DNA from: an uncultured bacterium
GTDB taxonomy: Bacteria; Patescibacteriota; Minisyncoccia; Phycocordibacterales; UBA918
Length of the DNA stretch: 25,082 nucleotides
Direction of reading: 5' to 3'
NCBI GenBank assembly: GCA_903839715.1
Contig: CAIMDH010000138.1
Span: 1-25,082 of the forward strand
Shown here: positions 8,463 to 17,618 of the stretch, one piece after another
Numbering within the stretch: the first letter of the stretch is position 1
Layout: each line of letters opens with the position of its first letter
Program-made: the position numbers and the translations under genes
Notes under the pieces: model-generated
Told to the model about the DNA's origin: nothing
Databases searched by the model: none
The model's input: the letters and a program-made list of their open reading frames with translations, nothing else

Positions 8463-9266
8463 CTATTGACGGACCTTCAATTCTAGGAGGTTTTGAAATA
8501 GCACCGCGACAGTAATTGGACCAATCCCACCCGGCACCGGAGTAAAGAGGGCTGCTTTCTCTGCGACAGTCGGTGTTGCATCCCCTACCAACAAACCGCC
8601 ATCTTCTGAAGCACCAGCATCAAAAACTACCACTCCCTCTTTGACCATGTCAGGAGTAAGAAGATTTGGTTTACCAACTCCCAAAATAATAATATCAGCA
8701 GTGCGGGCGATATCGGCAGTATTCAGACTGGTTTCGTCTAGAACCGTGACATGAGCACCTTCTGTGAGAGCATACGCGGCAGCTGGTGCCCCTACTAATC
8801 GACCCGAACCAAACACCACAACATTTTTACCCGCCCAGGTAATACTGTGTCGTTCCGCAATTTCGGCAATCGCTGCTACTACAGGCGGCAATACTACCGC
8901 TGCTGGCTCACCCTGATATGTAAAGGCGTCTACATCATACGTAGCTGGTACAGCAGCCAGTACCGCCTTTGTATCAATATGACTCGGTAGTGGTAGCTGT
9001 ACCACTACCCCATCCGTGTTTGGTAGACTAGCTGTTATAGCAGCTATCACAGCAGCTGTATCTGACTCACGTGTGAGTGCTTCCACCACCAGCGTAATCC
9101 CTAGGGACTCAGCACGGGTTTTTTTGAGTGCAAGGTATTTTTGTGTTTCAAAATTTGGATCACATGCCACTACCACCAGACGAACTGGAGTTTGAAGTGC
9201 TGCCACCTTTACCTTCACAGCCGCTGCAATATCGGCCGCTATTTTTTTGCCATCTACTAATACCAT
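8463..9266 (-). CDS. folD: Bifunctional methylenetetrahydrofolate dehydrogenase/cyclohydrolase
   Basis: DGKKIA, Y...KK, VVQLPLP, DVD, VGAP and TPVPGGIGPITVA motifs. Confidence 0.93.
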   Translation of the reverse strand: MVLVDGKKIAADIAAAVKVKVAALQTPVRLVVVACDPNFETQKYLALKKTRAESLGITLVVEALTRESDTAAVIAAITASLPNTDGVVVQLPLPSHIDTKAVLAAVPATYDVDAFTYQGEPAAVVLPPVVAAIAEIAERHSITWAGKNVVVFGSGRLVGAPAAAYALTEGAHVTVLDETSLNTADIARTADIIILGVGKPNLLTPDMVKEGVVVFDAGASEDGGLLVGDATPTVAEKAALFTPVPGGIGPITVAVLFQNLLELKVRQ

Positions 9267-9309
9267 AAAAAGCTAGTATACAGAGGAAGTGGAGAGAGGT
9301 CTATCTAGA

Positions 9310-10665
9310 CTAGGTACCAGTCCGCATCACAATCGTTGCGATGGTCTTCAGCGCAATTTGTATATCAAGCAGGAGTGAACGTTTTTCGAGATAATACAAG
9401 TCATAGGAGACTTTGACTTTCGTACGTTCGACGTCTACTCCACCCCGCGGTACATCAAAGTTATTTATTTGGGCCCAGCCCGAGAGGCCTGGCTTCAAGA
9501 AGTGGCGCGCGTTGTAGTACGGGACAGCCTTCTCATACACTTCTACCAACGCCGGCATTTCTGGTCGTGGCCCAATAAAAGACAGGTCACCCTTAAGTAC
9601 ATTGAGTAGCTGTGGCAACTCGTCGATACGTGTCTTGCGTAAGAAGGCTCCAACCTTCGTGTCCACGAGCGTACTCTTGAGAGCAGCGGCTCCGACATCA
9701 TTGCCATTTTTGGTGCGAAACTTATAAATAGTGATTGGTTTGTTGTATTGTCCAATGCGAGTAGTGGTATACAACAGCGTGCCATACTTATCTTCAATCT
9801 TCATCAACAAGGCAATAACTGGAAAAACAGTAGCTGTTGGCACCAAGAGTATAAGGGCGCCGATAATATCAATACCCCGTTTAATAAAGTCATAGAGTGT
9901 ATTGGTGGCTTGAGAAATATTGGCAATAAACCAATCGTACTGAATAGAGCTCACCGGTACCCGATCGAAAGTATCTTCATACACCTTATTAAAATCTAGG
10001 AAAGTAGTCTTAAATCGTAAGTACGACAAATCAAATATCTTCGGTAGAGCTGCACTCACGAATTTGGAGTTGGGATTAGCTACGACAATATCAATACGTT
10101 CTTTTTCAATTAAGCGCAGTAACTTTTCTTCAAAGTCAGTAGTCTGACCAGCCGTCTCGCCGTCGATAAGACGAATAAACGTATAACTATAACGATCATT
10201 ATTGTTTGTTTCATCCACAAGCTCAATTGCTTCTGGTCCTTCTGCGAGCAATATCGCTCGGTGTCGGGTCTTTGGTTCAATATGGCGATACAGTGACATG
10301 CGCCACCAAGTCAGCAAGACTACACTAACTATCAAATAAATAACGAGATTGGTCTTCGGCGCAATCCCAAACGGAATCACAAAGAATAACACCGCTGCTA
10401 GCAAACTATTGACTATTTGGGTAGCGAGAATCCGATTAAACAGCAGCGACTTCAAAAAAACAGTGTGCTTGTCGTAGAGCCCAGCAATATAAAAAACAAA
10501 AAGCCAAACCGTCGACAAAATAAGAAATGGTCCGACATGTGTATAAAAAAGCTGAAAGCTTGGAAACGTCAAATACCGCACCAACAGCGTTAGCCACAAC
10601 GCCAGGATAAAGAACCCGACGTCGCCCAGGATAAGTAATGTGAGTTCTCGGGTTCTTTCGCCCAT
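9310..10665 (-). CDS. Polyprenyl glycosylphosphotransferase (WbaP/WcaJ-like sugar transferase)
   Basis: N-terminal TM bundle, then KRGIDI, YKFRT, FLRKTRIDELPQLLNVLKGDLSFIGPRPE, KPGLSGWAQIN and DLYY. Confidence 0.93.
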   Translation of the reverse strand: MGERTRELTLLILGDVGFFILALWLTLLVRYLTFPSFQLFYTHVGPFLILSTVWLFVFYIAGLYDKHTVFLKSLLFNRILATQIVNSLLAAVLFFVIPFGIAPKTNLVIYLIVSVVLLTWWRMSLYRHIEPKTRHRAILLAEGPEAIELVDETNNNDRYSYTFIRLIDGETAGQTTDFEEKLLRLIEKERIDIVVANPNSKFVSAALPKIFDLSYLRFKTTFLDFNKVYEDTFDRVPVSSIQYDWFIANISQATNTLYDFIKRGIDIIGALILLVPTATVFPVIALLMKIEDKYGTLLYTTTRIGQYNKPITIYKFRTKNGNDVGAAALKSTLVDTKVGAFLRKTRIDELPQLLNVLKGDLSFIGPRPEMPALVEVYEKAVPYYNARHFLKPGLSGWAQINNFDVPRGGVDVERTKVKVSYDLYYLEKRSLLLDIQIALKTIATIVMRTGT

Positions 10666-10752
10666 AAATAATTAGTGTCTATCGTACCGGAGCCGTGGAA
10701 AATAACAAGTAGCGCATGTTTTTTACCTTTGGCGCCACACTAAAAGTGCGTT

Positions 10753-11910
10753 ATGCTAGAGCCAATGACTGCATCACTAGCACCCCGCATTCTGTACGTT
10801 ATCACGAAATCAAACTTCGGGGGCGCGCAACGCTACGTATTTGAACTAGCCACAACCATGCAGCAACGTGGCTTTACTGTAGCAGTTGCCTGCGGTGGAA
10901 CTGGAGAACTAATCGACCGCCTGGCCGCAGCCGGTATTACTACCTTCCACATTACTGGTCTCGAACGAGATATCAGTCTCAAACGTGAACTCTCTGCCCT
11001 CTACTGCCTTGCCCATATCATCCGTAACTTTGACCCAGATCTCATTCATCTAAACAGCACCAAAGCCGGCTTACTCGGCAGTCTAGTTGCCCGCCTACTC
11101 TTCGTGCCGCGCATCATTTTTACCGCGCACGGCTGGCCCTTTAGGGAACAGCGGAGTCTTACCTGGCGACTCATGGCGTGGACCGGCTCATACCTCACTG
11201 CTCTGTTCGCACACCACACCATCGAAGTCAGCCAAAACGATCACGAAGATGTACACATGCCGGGCACAAACCAAAAACGCACAGTCATTCCAACCGCCGT
11301 CTCCCCTTTTCCACTACTTGGTAGAGCAGAAGCGCGCTTAGCTCTCTTGCCAGCAGAAACTATCTCTGCCCACCTTTCTAATATCTGGTTAGTCACTATT
11401 GCTGAACTCAATCACAACAAAAATCACACGACTGCGATCGATGCTGTAGCTGAATTCAACAGTACCCACTCCAATAAAATCTTCTACACCATTCTCGGTG
11501 CCGGTGAACTAGAAAACCCTCTCAAAGAACAAGTTGCACTGCGTGGCCTTACCGACTACGTTCATTTTCATGGCTACACCAAAGACGCCAGGCAGTACCT
11601 GCTCGCATTTGATATTTTTCTACTTCCTTCAAAAAAAGAAGGTCTGCCCTACGCCCTCCTTGAAGCTGGCTTAGCTGAAGTGCCGTGTATGGCGAGTGCG
11701 GTCGGAGGTATTAGTGAAGTACTAACCGACCAAGCCACAGGCATCCTTATCAATCCTGACAACCACATGAGTATCGTAACGGCTCTAGAAGACCTCCTTC
11801 AAAACCCCGACAACCGTACCCACTTTGCAACAGCTCTGAAGGCGCATATCGTAGCAGAATACAGTACAACTACTATGCTAGATCGGACGGAGAAACTCTA
11901 CGCTTTGTAG
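10753..11910 (+). CDS. GT4 (GT-B fold) glycosyltransferase
   Basis: GGAQRYV, FTAHGW and EGLPYALLEAG...GGISE motifs; overlaps the 3' end of convergent rodA by 13 bp. Confidence 0.93.
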   Translation: MLEPMTASLAPRILYVITKSNFGGAQRYVFELATTMQQRGFTVAVACGGTGELIDRLAAAGITTFHITGLERDISLKRELSALYCLAHIIRNFDPDLIHLNSTKAGLLGSLVARLLFVPRIIFTAHGWPFREQRSLTWRLMAWTGSYLTALFAHHTIEVSQNDHEDVHMPGTNQKRTVIPTAVSPFPLLGRAEARLALLPAETISAHLSNIWLVTIAELNHNKNHTTAIDAVAEFNSTHSNKIFYTILGAGELENPLKEQVALRGLTDYVHFHGYTKDARQYLLAFDIFLLPSKKEGLPYALLEAGLAEVPCMASAVGGISEVLTDQATGILINPDNHMSIVTALEDLLQNPDNRTHFATALKAHIVAEYSTTTMLDRTEKLYAL

Positions 11911-13034
11911 ACATCGGTAAAAATAGCCTCACTACTTTCAGAGCGAATCGGCATTGATCGCCGCATCGCGAGCACTATACCAAGAGCCACAAACTCAGTA
12001 ACGAGATGTGATCCGCCATAACTCAAGAATGGTACAGTAGTCCCCGTCACTGGCAGTAGTCCGATATTAATACCAACATGAATGAAAAAATGTGCCAATA
12101 AAAATATGGCTACGCCGGTTGCGAATAGTTTTTCAAAATTACCAGCACCATTAGCGGCATGGACGAGAATACGCCAGATTAAAGTTGAGAATAGTATAAA
12201 TAAAATACAGACTCCAATAAGTCCCCACTCCTCAGCAAATGCCGCAAAAATAAAATCAGTCTCAAACTCAGGGAGAAATAGGAGCTTTGACTGCGTGCCG
12301 TACCCAATCCCCTTGCCGATAAGTTCACCTGAACCAACGGCCACAGTCGACTGATACGCATTGTAACCAGCACCGCTAATATCGGAGAGAGGGTCCAAAA
12401 AAGTCATGATGCGGGCTTTTTGATAATCGTAAAATGCAAACTGCCAGAGCAGAGCAAGAACAATCGAGCCAATTAAAAACACGACCGCCACGTGCCTAAA
12501 GCGAATACCTGCAACCAACACCATCCCAAACCAGATAAGAAAAATAATCATCGCAGACCCAAAATCGGGCTGGAGAAAAACCAATCCAAAAATACCAAGC
12601 GTGTAGATTCCTGATACAATCACATGCGAAAAATCACCAATAAGCTCGTGACGCTTAGCAAAATACTTCGCCAACAGTGCGATCAAAATAAGTTTAGCCG
12701 GATCAGAAACCTGCAAGGAGAAAAAACCAAAATCAAAACGTTGTCGCGCTCCCATAACATCTTCTCCAAAAAAAGCGACGCCAATCAAAAGTAGAATGGT
12801 ACCCAAATACAAAAAGAACGTCGTATTCCCCGTCCGCAAAAAACGGTAATCGGGAATCATCACTAAGAAAAACAAGAACGTAGAAAAACCAATCCAGATT
12901 AATTGACGATTGAAGTAGAGATTCTCCCCAACATGGGAATACATTGTTACTAACCCAAAGAGCGCCAAGCTCATCATGGAGAAAAACAATATTCCGTCAA
13001 AACCAGCAAAAAGAGTCTGTAAAAAACGCTGCAT
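11898..13034 (-). CDS. rodA: SEDS family peptidoglycan polymerase RodA
   Basis: GARQRFDFG..SLQVSD, QPDFG, YQKARI..FLDP, GYNAYQS..AVGSG, PEFETDFIF..FAEEWG and P.LSYGGS motifs. Confidence 0.93.
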   Translation of the reverse strand: MQRFLQTLFAGFDGILFFSMMSLALFGLVTMYSHVGENLYFNRQLIWIGFSTFLFFLVMIPDYRFLRTGNTTFFLYLGTILLLIGVAFFGEDVMGARQRFDFGFFSLQVSDPAKLILIALLAKYFAKRHELIGDFSHVIVSGIYTLGIFGLVFLQPDFGSAMIIFLIWFGMVLVAGIRFRHVAVVFLIGSIVLALLWQFAFYDYQKARIMTFLDPLSDISGAGYNAYQSTVAVGSGELIGKGIGYGTQSKLLFLPEFETDFIFAAFAEEWGLIGVCILFILFSTLIWRILVHAANGAGNFEKLFATGVAIFLLAHFFIHVGINIGLLPVTGTTVPFLSYGGSHLVTEFVALGIVLAMRRSMPIRSESSEAIFTDVYKA

Positions 13035-13052
13035 CCCTACAGCATATACAAT

Positions 13053-14489
13053 CTACTGCAGTGGTGCAAAATTAGTACGTGTTTTAGTAATTACCTCAAT
13101 ACGGGTCGGACCTTCTTCACACAAATCACCAGCGATTTTTTTGTAGACAGCTTCTAGATCAGCTGCCGTAGGAGCGGTGTAGTACAAGGATGGATCAGAC
13201 GCTAAATCACGGATGAGCTCAACATCACGAGCAATAACATCATTTTCCTCCGTAAAAAAATCACCAAATCCAATAGTGTAAATTGTCACGTTTTCGGCTT
13301 TGGCTTTTTCAGCCTGAGTGCGCGCATAGGTAGCTGCATAGTCACGATCAGCAAGACCAGTCTCTGGGTTTAGCGGTCTTGTAACATCACCATCAGTCAA
13401 TATTACAATTACTTTACGAGCATCTTCGCGATGGCGAGTACTTGTAAGCTCTGTATAGGCGGCAGCAAATGCCGCGCCCATATTGGTGTACTGCACCCCA
13501 TCCTCGCCCATTTTTACCTTCTCAATAGCCTCGTCAAGTAATGCAGGATTGGCAGTTAACATTTGTTCTAGTGGCTCACTAGGCACAGTAGCATATGATA
13601 CAAAACCAATAGTATCAGTAGCACGCACTAAACGTACAAAGGACTTGGCGGCTTGCTTGGCGCTTTCAAGTGGCTCAGGTGGTGTACCTCCATCAGCAGC
13701 CATTGAGCCTGAGCGATCAAGTACTAGCATAATATCTGAAGGCACTTCACAACTTCGCACAGTTTTAGCAATTGAACTTGGCCAGGTGAACACAATATTT
13801 TGTGTACTTCGTGGAGCAAAGACATCGATAAAAGTTTGAGATGCAGTTACCGGCTGACCAGCGCGATTAAAGACCGTCGCTACCACTTCCACGTCTCGAG
13901 CTTCGGACAATTCAGTATTTTCTACATCCACATTTAAACGCGGTCTGGAGTCAGTACTCAAGAGCTCGACATCAAGAGTCCTAAACTGTGTACGCCCAAC
14001 TTTTGCTGGTTGCCACATATCAGCCGGAGTAAGCACAATCTCGGTCTTAGTAGGAACTCTTTCGTCTTTTGTTAAAATCCGTCCTTCGAAGATTGGGTAG
14101 ACACTATTAGGAGGTAAGATGGTTGTTCCTGAACGCTCAGCAATTACATCATCTCCTGCAAATAATTTGAAGGTATAGGCGAGCGCCGGCGTGGCTGCTT
14201 CACTATTCTTATTTTCGACATACGCCACGGCATTGTACTGATTATTTACAATTCTAAAACTCTCAGCCCACACTACTTGCGGTGGAATGACACTAGAGGC
14301 ACAGATACGGACGCAACTGCCATTGCAGTCAACTCCTGTTTCTGCATTATTTTGGATACCATCAAAACACGTTGGCTCGACAGTGAAGTAGATAAAGTAC
14401 ACACTAACTCCAATAATGCTCCAAAAAATTAAAAAGCCGCTCCCATACTGAAGTCTGCGCCAAAACGCCCAAGATCTAAAACTACTCAT
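13053..14489 (-). CDS. Membrane-anchored protein with von Willebrand factor A domain
   Basis: Single N-terminal TM; CFDGIQN..ETGVDC.GSC motif; beta-rich region; vWA MIDAS DRSGS, YTN and ILTDG. Confidence 0.88.
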   Translation of the reverse strand: MSSFRSWAFWRRLQYGSGFLIFWSIIGVSVYFIYFTVEPTCFDGIQNNAETGVDCNGSCVRICASSVIPPQVVWAESFRIVNNQYNAVAYVENKNSEAATPALAYTFKLFAGDDVIAERSGTTILPPNSVYPIFEGRILTKDERVPTKTEIVLTPADMWQPAKVGRTQFRTLDVELLSTDSRPRLNVDVENTELSEARDVEVVATVFNRAGQPVTASQTFIDVFAPRSTQNIVFTWPSSIAKTVRSCEVPSDIMLVLDRSGSMAADGGTPPEPLESAKQAAKSFVRLVRATDTIGFVSYATVPSEPLEQMLTANPALLDEAIEKVKMGEDGVQYTNMGAAFAAAYTELTSTRHREDARKVIVILTDGDVTRPLNPETGLADRDYAATYARTQAEKAKAENVTIYTIGFGDFFTEENDVIARDVELIRDLASDPSLYYTAPTAADLEAVYKKIAGDLCEEGPTRIEVITKTRTNFAPLQ

Positions 14490-14795
14490 ATCTTTAAAGT
14501 ATATCAGAAGACCTGAGTCTGTTTGGCACTTTATTGAGAGTATACAAGATACAGAATCACCAGACTTAGGGCTGGTGATTGTGGTACGTACTGTATAGAT
14601 AACCTGTGTACCAGTCAGATTATTTGAGACCGGTCACCGACAGCTTGTGGATTGTGAAATAGAGATATTAGTCAAAATAATTTATGTATAGCCTGCGGAT
14701 GTATCTGCGGGAGTGAAATTATACACAAGAGACTGTGTATAACGAGCTAACAACATGTAGATATACCAGTATAGCCAATAAGTTTGGTGTCAGTT

Positions 14796-14822
14796 AAAAA
14801 CCAGTCATGAAGACTGGTTTTT
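14796..14822 (-). terminator. Terminator of the 23S-5S transcript
   Basis: AAAAACCAGTC-ATGAA-GACTGGTTTTT about 20 nt past the 5S 3' end. Confidence 0.75.
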
Positions 14823-14841
14823 ATTTAGGAGTATTAAAAAC

Positions 14842-14958
14842 TTAATGTTGGCGCCTACCTACTCTTCCCCTTACGGAGTACCATCGGCGATGAGAGACTT
14901 AACTTCCGAGTTCGGAATGAGATCGGGTGTACCCCTCTCGCTAAAGCACCAACATTAA
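14842..14958 (-). rRNA. rrf: 5S rRNA (ends approximate)
   Basis: Reverse complement has CACCCGATCTCATTCCGAACTCGGAAGTTAAG and GATGGTAC; termini pair TTAATGTTGGTGC / GCGCCAACATTAA. Confidence 0.97.
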
Positions 14959-15168
14959 ATTTTCAATGACTATTTTTGTGAGTTATTTAGCGACATCGGG
15001 TAAATCTTACAGATTCTGTACACCTTGTAAACATAGTTTCCTTTCAGCGTTCACTCGGAAGTAAAAATTCATTTTTACTTCGCTCGTTCACTTGAAAGTC
15101 ATTATTTCTTTTCGTTTCCTCAAGAAATAATAGGCAAGGTCTTGCGAAGTGACATTGAGTCACTTCTC

Positions 15169-15205
15169 ACCCCTCTCGCTAAAGCACCAACATTAAATTT
15201 TCAAT
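15169..15205 (-). repeat. 37-bp exact duplicate of the 5S 5' end plus its upstream flank
   Basis: ACCCCTCTCGCTAAAGCACCAACATTAAATTTTCAAT at 14931-14967 and 15169-15205. Confidence 0.95.
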
Positions 15206-15271
15206 AACTTTTTGATACTTGTCATGCATTGCGTGAAATGATCCCATTTTCTTTATTATAAAGAAAATGGG

Positions 15272-15349
15272 TGGTCGGAGGGGTAAGATTTGAACTTACG
15301 ACATCTGAGCCTTTAGGCTCAGTGCTCTACCTAACTGAGCTACTCTCCG
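15272..15349 (-). ncRNA. tRNA-like element or pseudo-tRNA without a canonical anticodon loop
   Basis: CGGAGAG acceptor (one A-C mismatch), D arm GCTC/GAGC, T arm GTAAG-TTCAAAT-CTTAC, A73 and encoded CCA; the anticodon arm is an 18-nt perfect hairpin CTGAGCC-TAAA-GGCTCAG. Confidence 0.8.
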
Positions 15350-15396
15350 TTACCATTTCACGCGATACATGCGTTGCATATTCTATTATTTGTAGG

Positions 15397-15425
15397 TGTC
15401 GGGAAAAGCTTTGCTTTTCCCGACA
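15397..15425. repeat. 13-bp inverted repeat in the 23S-5S spacer
   Basis: TGTCGGGAAAAGC-TTT-GCTTTTCCCGACA; same AAAGC-AAA-GCTTT apex as 4714-4752. Confidence 0.8.
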
Positions 15426-15491
15426 TTGAACACAATTACACTTCAAAATTGTACAGCTGTTGTACTATCGCCTTGTAAGCACAGTACATTT

Positions 15492-15507
15492 GCACTGTTC
15501 CTTACAG
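15492..15507 (-). repeat. 16-bp exact duplicate of the 23S 3' end / helix-1 extension
   Basis: GCACTGTTCCTTACAG at 15492-15507 and 15647-15662. Confidence 0.9.
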
Positions 15508-15772
15508 TTGAGTGACTTGAGAGTCATGTAAATAAAAGTTTTACTTTTATTTACATGACCGAATAAACGAGAACTGTATAAAGGTACTCAAATATTCTCA
15601 CTCAACTATAAGAAACTATTTAGCGCTCTCTGCATTGCAGAGATATGCACTGTTCCTTACAGGAAATACGCCCTATTAGTACACCTTGACTCCATACATT
15701 GCTGTACTTCCATCTAGTGCCTATCAACCTGATCATCTCTCAGGGGACTTAATGATTCCTAATCTTGGAGTT

Positions 15773-15805
<33 letters not shown>

Positions 15806-15884
15806 ATTCCGAACATAGCTACTCGGCGGTGCCACTGGCGTGACAGCCGATAGACCAGAGGTTCGTTCATTCCGGTCCTCTCGT

Positions 15885-16665
15885 CGTTTATTCCCCTCTT
15901 TCAAGGAGCACAGACTATATCTTCACCCGTCTACATGGATAGTAGTGAGGGTGATGGCATCTTACACATAGAAGCAGTCATTTTCTAAGAAATGATTCCT
16001 CTACCTATGCGTCCGCGCGTCTTTCAGCGCAAGTCGTTACGGGGTCAAACCCAATCGAAGTAGCAAAGTTTCTTTACTCAAAGTAGCGTGGCTTTTGTAG
16101 TTACAGCCTCTAATTAAAAAGACAAAATCTACTAAGCTTCGCAACTCATACTCACTCAGCTTGCTAATTGTTTTCGAACTCAAGATTGTACAAGCTTGCA
16201 ATAAAGCATCCGCTTGAACTGTTTTGAATCTGATAAAAGGTCGCAACTGAGTCAATACTTTTTGTACTGAAACAAAACCATTAATTCTTAGCTCGGTCAT
16301 CCCATCATTACGATTGGATAAGTATCCGATTTCTAAGATTTCACGCATCCACTTAAGTGGTTCTGCGTGGCAAGTATCTTGATAGAGACATATAGTTGCC
16401 ATAAATCTGACGCCACGACTAGTGTCGTTTCGTAGTTTTATCTGCAACATTATGCTTCCATCTCCATCAAGGAAACCTGCAATGTATGCTAAATCTGTTT
16501 TGGATCGACTTCCCACGGTATTATCATATCAACATTCCGGTCCTCAAGCGAGTTTAATGCACACTGGACCGTGGCGCATTAAATTCTAAAACCGAAAGTG
16601 ACGTAGACTTCACCGTTATAAGCCATGTTGTCATCAGAGATCTCTCTCTGAAGTAGCAAAAATTT
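15885..16665 (-). mobile_element. Group I intron (IA-like, 781 nt) inserted after U2656 (E. coli numbering) in the sarcin-ricin loop
   Basis: Removal restores CCTAGT|ACGAGAGGACC. The 5' exon ends in U paired to G in P1 (UAGU/GCUA) and the intron ends in G. P3 GAUGACA/UGCCAUC, P7 ACGACUU/UAGUCU with J8/7 GAAGAUA, P7.1/P7.2 stems and a GAAA-capped P9 are present. Confidence 0.92.
16037..16516 (-). CDS. Single-motif LAGLIDADG homing endonuclease (I-CreI-like) in the intron P6 region
   Basis: YIAGFLDGDGSI motif, 159 aa, GTG start; lies between the Q (AAUACCGUGG) and R/P7 elements, with the stop abutting P7. Confidence 0.93.
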   Translation of the reverse strand: MGSRSKTDLAYIAGFLDGDGSIMLQIKLRNDTSRGVRFMATICLYQDTCHAEPLKWMREILEIGYLSNRNDGMTELRINGFVSVQKVLTQLRPFIRFKTVQADALLQACTILSSKTISKLSEYELRSLVDFVFLIRGCNYKSHATLSKETLLLRLGLTP

Positions 16666-16712
16666 ACTAGGAACAACTCTCCTCAAGAATCGACGCCTGC
16701 AGTAGATAGGAG

Positions 16713-16750
<38 letters not shown>

Positions 16751-17388
16751 GACTTTTTAATTGGCGAACAGCCAAACCCTTGGGACCTGCTCCAGCCCCA
16801 GGATAAGTCGAGCCGACATCGAGGTGCCGAACCGTGCCGTCGCTATGGACGCTTGGGCACGACTAGCCTGTTATCCCCAGGGTTACTTTTATCGGGTAAT
16901 CTCCGGCCGCATCTAACGCGTACCATCGGTTCACTATGCTCCGCTTTCGCGTCTGTTCGGCATCTACGCCTTACAGTCAAGCTGGTTTATGCCATTACAC
17001 TATCGGTACGGTTTCCATTCGCACCTAACCAACCTTGAGACCCCTCCGTTACTTTTTGGGAGGGTAGCGCCCCACTAAAACTGCCTGCCACGCACTGTCT
17101 CTGATAGATTTTTTCTAACAGGTTAGAGACTACCAAATTAAAGGGTGCTATTTCACTGACGACTCCATGGTACCCGAAAGCCCACTTCAAAGTCTCACAC
17201 CTATACTACGCATTAATTCAATAGCCCCAATACGAAGCTACAGTAAAGCACCTGGGGTCTTTTCGTCTATCTGCAGGTACGCGGCATCTTTACCGCGATT
17301 GTATTTTCACCGAGCTGGTCCTCGAGACAGTTTCCCACTCGTTACGCCATTCGTGCACGTCGGAACTTACCCGACAAGGAAATACGCT

Positions 17389-17618
17389 CTATTTTTCCTT
17401 CTTAACGACAAGCCTTACTTGTCTGTGCACCAATAGGACTCTATCTTCATCTTCACCAAGAAATAAATCAGGGTGGTCAGATGTCTAGCATTTGGTCTCT
17501 TGTTGGCTAGATTTGGATTACTCTCTATTTCTAGAGGTAAGGTAACTATGGCTAGGCTGTTTAAACCTATAACCGTTCTAATCCGTAGAGCGTACTTCCC
17601 TTACGGGAAATGCGCTCT
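17389..17618 (-). mobile_element. ORF-less, compact or degenerate group I intron (230 nt) at L1931
   Basis: Removal restores CTAAGGT|AGCG-TAT-TTCCTTGTCGGG. The 5' exon ends in U and the intron ends in G. Contains S-like GAAGATAGAGTCC, R-like GAGACC, CTAGC/GCTAG P3 and GACAAG/CTTGTC P9. The boundary could shift 2 nt because of an AG repeat. Confidence 0.8.

Noticed and set aside
6302-13839. Shadow ORFs opposite secF, secD, the sugar transferase, rodA and the vWA gene
   Set aside because: Fully overlapped by well-supported genes on the other strand or frame.
15272-15349. Calling the spacer element tRNA-Leu(TAA)
   Set aside because: The loop would be 8 nt without U33, it is zipped by extra pairs, there is no long variable arm, and the acceptor identity is Pro-like.
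17389-17618. Archaeal bulge-helix-bulge intron
   Set aside because: The two splice junctions do not pair with each other. Pairing runs through an internal guide, and group I S/P7/P9 remnants and a terminal G are present.
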